Positions 61,480 through 64,000 of a DNA stretch of 64,000 bases are shown here, piece by piece. Source of the DNA: Psammoneis japonica (lineage: Eukaryota). The DNA is taken from positions 62,001-126,000 of the forward strand of contig QPGO01000088.1 of assembly GCA_008632985.1 (NCBI GenBank), given 5' to 3'. Position 1 is the stretch's first letter; the number at the start of each line of letters is the position of its first letter. A model generated the notes under the pieces. The model was not told the origin of the DNA. It was given only the letters and a program-made list of their open reading frames with translations, and did not search any database. The translations under genes and the position numbers were made by a program.

Positions 61480-62520
61480 GGCTCTCGTCCCCTTGTTTTG
61501 TTCCTCGTCATTCTGTTCTTTTGATCGTTTTTTTTCTTCAAAGGGATCCAGAAGGAACACAAGGAACAAAGTCAGCAAATCATCCTGCACTCAACTGTGG
61601 CCCACAGCTGCTCTCCTGAATCCACACCCTCAACTTTTTCTCAGTCTTTCAATGACAATGGCGGGCAGGCTGTTTTGTGAAGAAGAAGAAAAAGACCTCT
61701 CTAAGCAGGGCGCCCTGTGCCACACACCACTTGGGGAGCAGCACACCCAGCTGCTGCTGCCGCTCGCACTTGCAGTTGCCAAAGCAACAAAAGTTTTGTT
61801 CTTCCTTTGCTTCCTCTAGGTGGCTTTTTTTGCTGGCACCGCGCTCTGCTGCCCCTCCCAAATGCACATGAACACACCTCACTTCTGTGAGCAGTGCCCA
61901 CATCATGCCATGACAAAGTCTCTTGGGGTGGGCAGAAGAGCAGCCTCATGATGTGTGGCAAAGTCTCTCCCAGAGCACAAGAAGTTGCTTTGCTGCAAGA
62001 AAAGAGTGAGCCTTGGGGTTGCAGCCGCATCTCCAAGCTCAAAAGCAAAAGATGTCCCTGTTTTTGAGTTGAAAGTGCACAAAAATGGATGCCCATCTCA
62101 TGGGACACAAAGTGAGCAAGAAGCTTGCCAGATGATGACAAGCACACTGTGCATCATCAAGGAGGAGTCATTGAGAAGGAGTGAGAAGCACTGAAAAGCC
62201 CTGCCTGGCTCCCCATGATGGGGCGGGCAACTTGCCACCTCACACCCATCTGAGCAGCGAGCAGAAGTTGTTGTGGGCAAGATGACACTTCTTGTTGTCA
62301 GCTCCAATGTGCAATCTCTTTGCCAAATGCTGAGAACAACAACACATGCTGCCTTAAAGTGCTTGGGTTTAAGAAGAGAAAGAAGACACACAGCTCAGAA
62401 AATGTCATGAAGCATCTCTTCAATGCCAGCTGTAAAAAGAAAATGTGTTGTTGCTTCTTCTCATGACTTCACAAAGAAGGGAGCTGTGTTTCATTTGAAG
62501 TGGCACCAATGCAGGTGGAT
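61480..62520. mobile_element. Third TpA/CpG-depleted island; degenerate repeat of unknown class
   Basis: About 5 TA in ~1 kb, TG/CA-rich, no intact ORF. Confidence 0.5.
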
Positions 62521-62738
62521 CCTTGTGTTACAAAATTGACCATTGACAGCAATGTTGACAATCTGACATTTGGTGTTCTGCATTGGACCAAATGGCACAG
62601 ACAGCATGGGTGACTAAAACGACAGAAGAAGCCATGATGCAATATGAAGTTGTTGTAGCAAAGCCAACACCACTACAGTAGCTAGAGAGGAGGGTGCAGG
62701 GTAAAGTGTTATTTGCATGTACCAAAATAAAGGATAGT

Positions 62739-64000
62739 TTAATCAGCATTAGGATAGTTGTTGTATAGCACCGTGGAGGCGCTAATCAAACCACACAGGC
62801 AGTGGAAGCCTTCATGCATCTTTTTGCCCCGGTACTTTTTATGCAAGTCGATCCCGGTGTTGTTGCTGAAGACAAGCACGTCACAGCAGCTCTGAAACAA
62901 AGAGATGACAAAAATGAGAGGGCCAACCATTCCCGCATAAGCCGCTGAAAGAGTGACATACACTAAGCGACGTACCTTCAAAACAGCCAAGAAAAGCACA
63001 AACTGTTTTTCTCCAACCTTCTTTACCTTATGACGACATTTTTCAAGGTAATCCTCTCCGGACTCTTCTGAAGCCACTCGAGCCAACTCTTCGTGAGCCG
63101 ACTTCACCTCGTTTCGTCGATAATTCCAGTACGTTTTTGCGTTGACAACGAGTCCAGAGAGGGCGCCCAAGAAGTAACTTCTAAAGGCCAAGACCACCGC
63201 TTTGCTTTGGATGCGTTTACGTCGAGACAACCTATCAGACTCTACCAAAGAATAGTCATCTAGAAACCCCGTGGATGCAAGAAACGACACGTTGTCACCA
63301 GCCCAAAACCCCAAGAGCCCAAGGAGTTTGAGGGACATTCCGATAAGTTTCCAAGCTGGAGCGTTATCGGGTTGTGATGAAGGCGCAAGCGAAGAAAGCC
63401 GAGAAATCATGGGACGATACACCCGAGACCCAAAGCTAGAGAGCGAACGGTAGAGGACACTTCTCGAGCGAGGCTCTGGGATAGTCGATGGACCCCATCC
63501 AATGTTGGACGAGGCTTTTCGTGGTAGGTGAGGTCGCCTCGGTGCCTCGTTTTCGGAAGCAGCATCACCATGCTTCAGAGCGAGGCGAAGATGCCATAAC
63601 ACAACACTGACAAGACCCATCTGTCGAAGCTTCTCCAATTCCGTAAAACTGCGACCGAGACGGAAAGCTTTACGGCTCCTGGCTACTTGCGTGTACAAAT
63701 CTTTAAATCGTTGCGCTTGGCCGGCAGTTAGTTGACTTCTGCTCAACCACCACGCCAAAAAACGAGCTGCGTACTGGACAACCTTTGTGATCTTGTCTCT
63801 TCCATCCAGTGTCAGTGACAGTGCTACCCAGGAATTCATTGCCAGTGGCGTAGCCTTGCGTTCAAGCCCATGCGACAAGGAGACAACAGGTAACGGCGAT
63901 CGGGGCAGATGATTGGAGTTGGAGTGCTCGGCATTTTCGACTGGCTCTCTGAAACTCACGGACTTTGAAATCCCAGGCTTCTTTGAAGATTGCTCAGCAG
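62739..64000 (-). CDS. PEX11: Peroxisomal biogenesis factor 11; probable intron 62892-62975; frame open to the window edge
   Basis: DGRDKITKVVQYAARFL, RSRKAFRLGRS, KSCCD, and C-terminal GLISAS. Confidence 0.85.
   Translation of the reverse strand, partial: AEQSSKKPGISKSVSFREPVENAEHSNSNHLPRSPLPVVSLSHGLERKATPLAMNSWVALSLTLDGRDKITKVVQYAARFLAWWLSRSQLTAGQAQRFKDLYTQVARSRKAFRLGRSFTELEKLRQMGLVSVVLWHLRLALKHGDAASENEAPRRPHLPRKASSNIGWGPSTIPEPRSRSVLYRSLSSFGSRVYRPMISRLSSLAPSSQPDNAPAWKLIGMSLKLLGLLGFWAGDNVSFLASTGFLDDYSLVESDRLSRRKRIQSKAVVLAFRSYFLGALSGLVVNAKTYWNYRRNEVKSAHEELARVASEESGEDYLEKCRHKVKKVGEKQFVLFLAVLKVRRLVYVTLSAAYAGMVGPLIFVISLFQSCCDVLVFSNNTGIDLHKKYRGKKMHEGFHCLCGLISASTVLYNNYPNAD

Overview
Gene-dense eukaryotic DNA, most likely from a diatom: short GT-AG introns, bipartite plastid-targeting N-termini and a POR2-type protochlorophyllide reductase. 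Host genes in order: three annexins around an HMT1/ABCB6-like half transporter, SMC5, an ABCD transporter, a NOL9/Grc3-like kinase, an alpha/beta hydrolase, a MATE transporter, a TBC RabGAP, a ~3650-aa repeat protein with a RelA/SpoT-like domain, MECR, a TPR protein, ALG6, POR and PEX11. A complete but inactivated ~9.1-kb tyrosine-recombinase (DIRS-order) retrotransposon with split direct repeats (A1-gag-pol-YR-B1-A2-B2) lies at 26496-35610, and there are three further decayed repeat islands. The most striking signal is that repeat DNA has lost TpA as well as CpG, both converted to TpG/CpA. Paired repeat copies differ almost only at these dinucleotides, tyrosine codons (including the putative catalytic Tyr of the recombinase) read as Cys/His, and one 2-kb stretch has a single TA. 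This looks like repeat-targeted hypermutation in the opposite direction to fungal RIP. All counts were made by eye and all family assignments come from motif recognition, not database searches.
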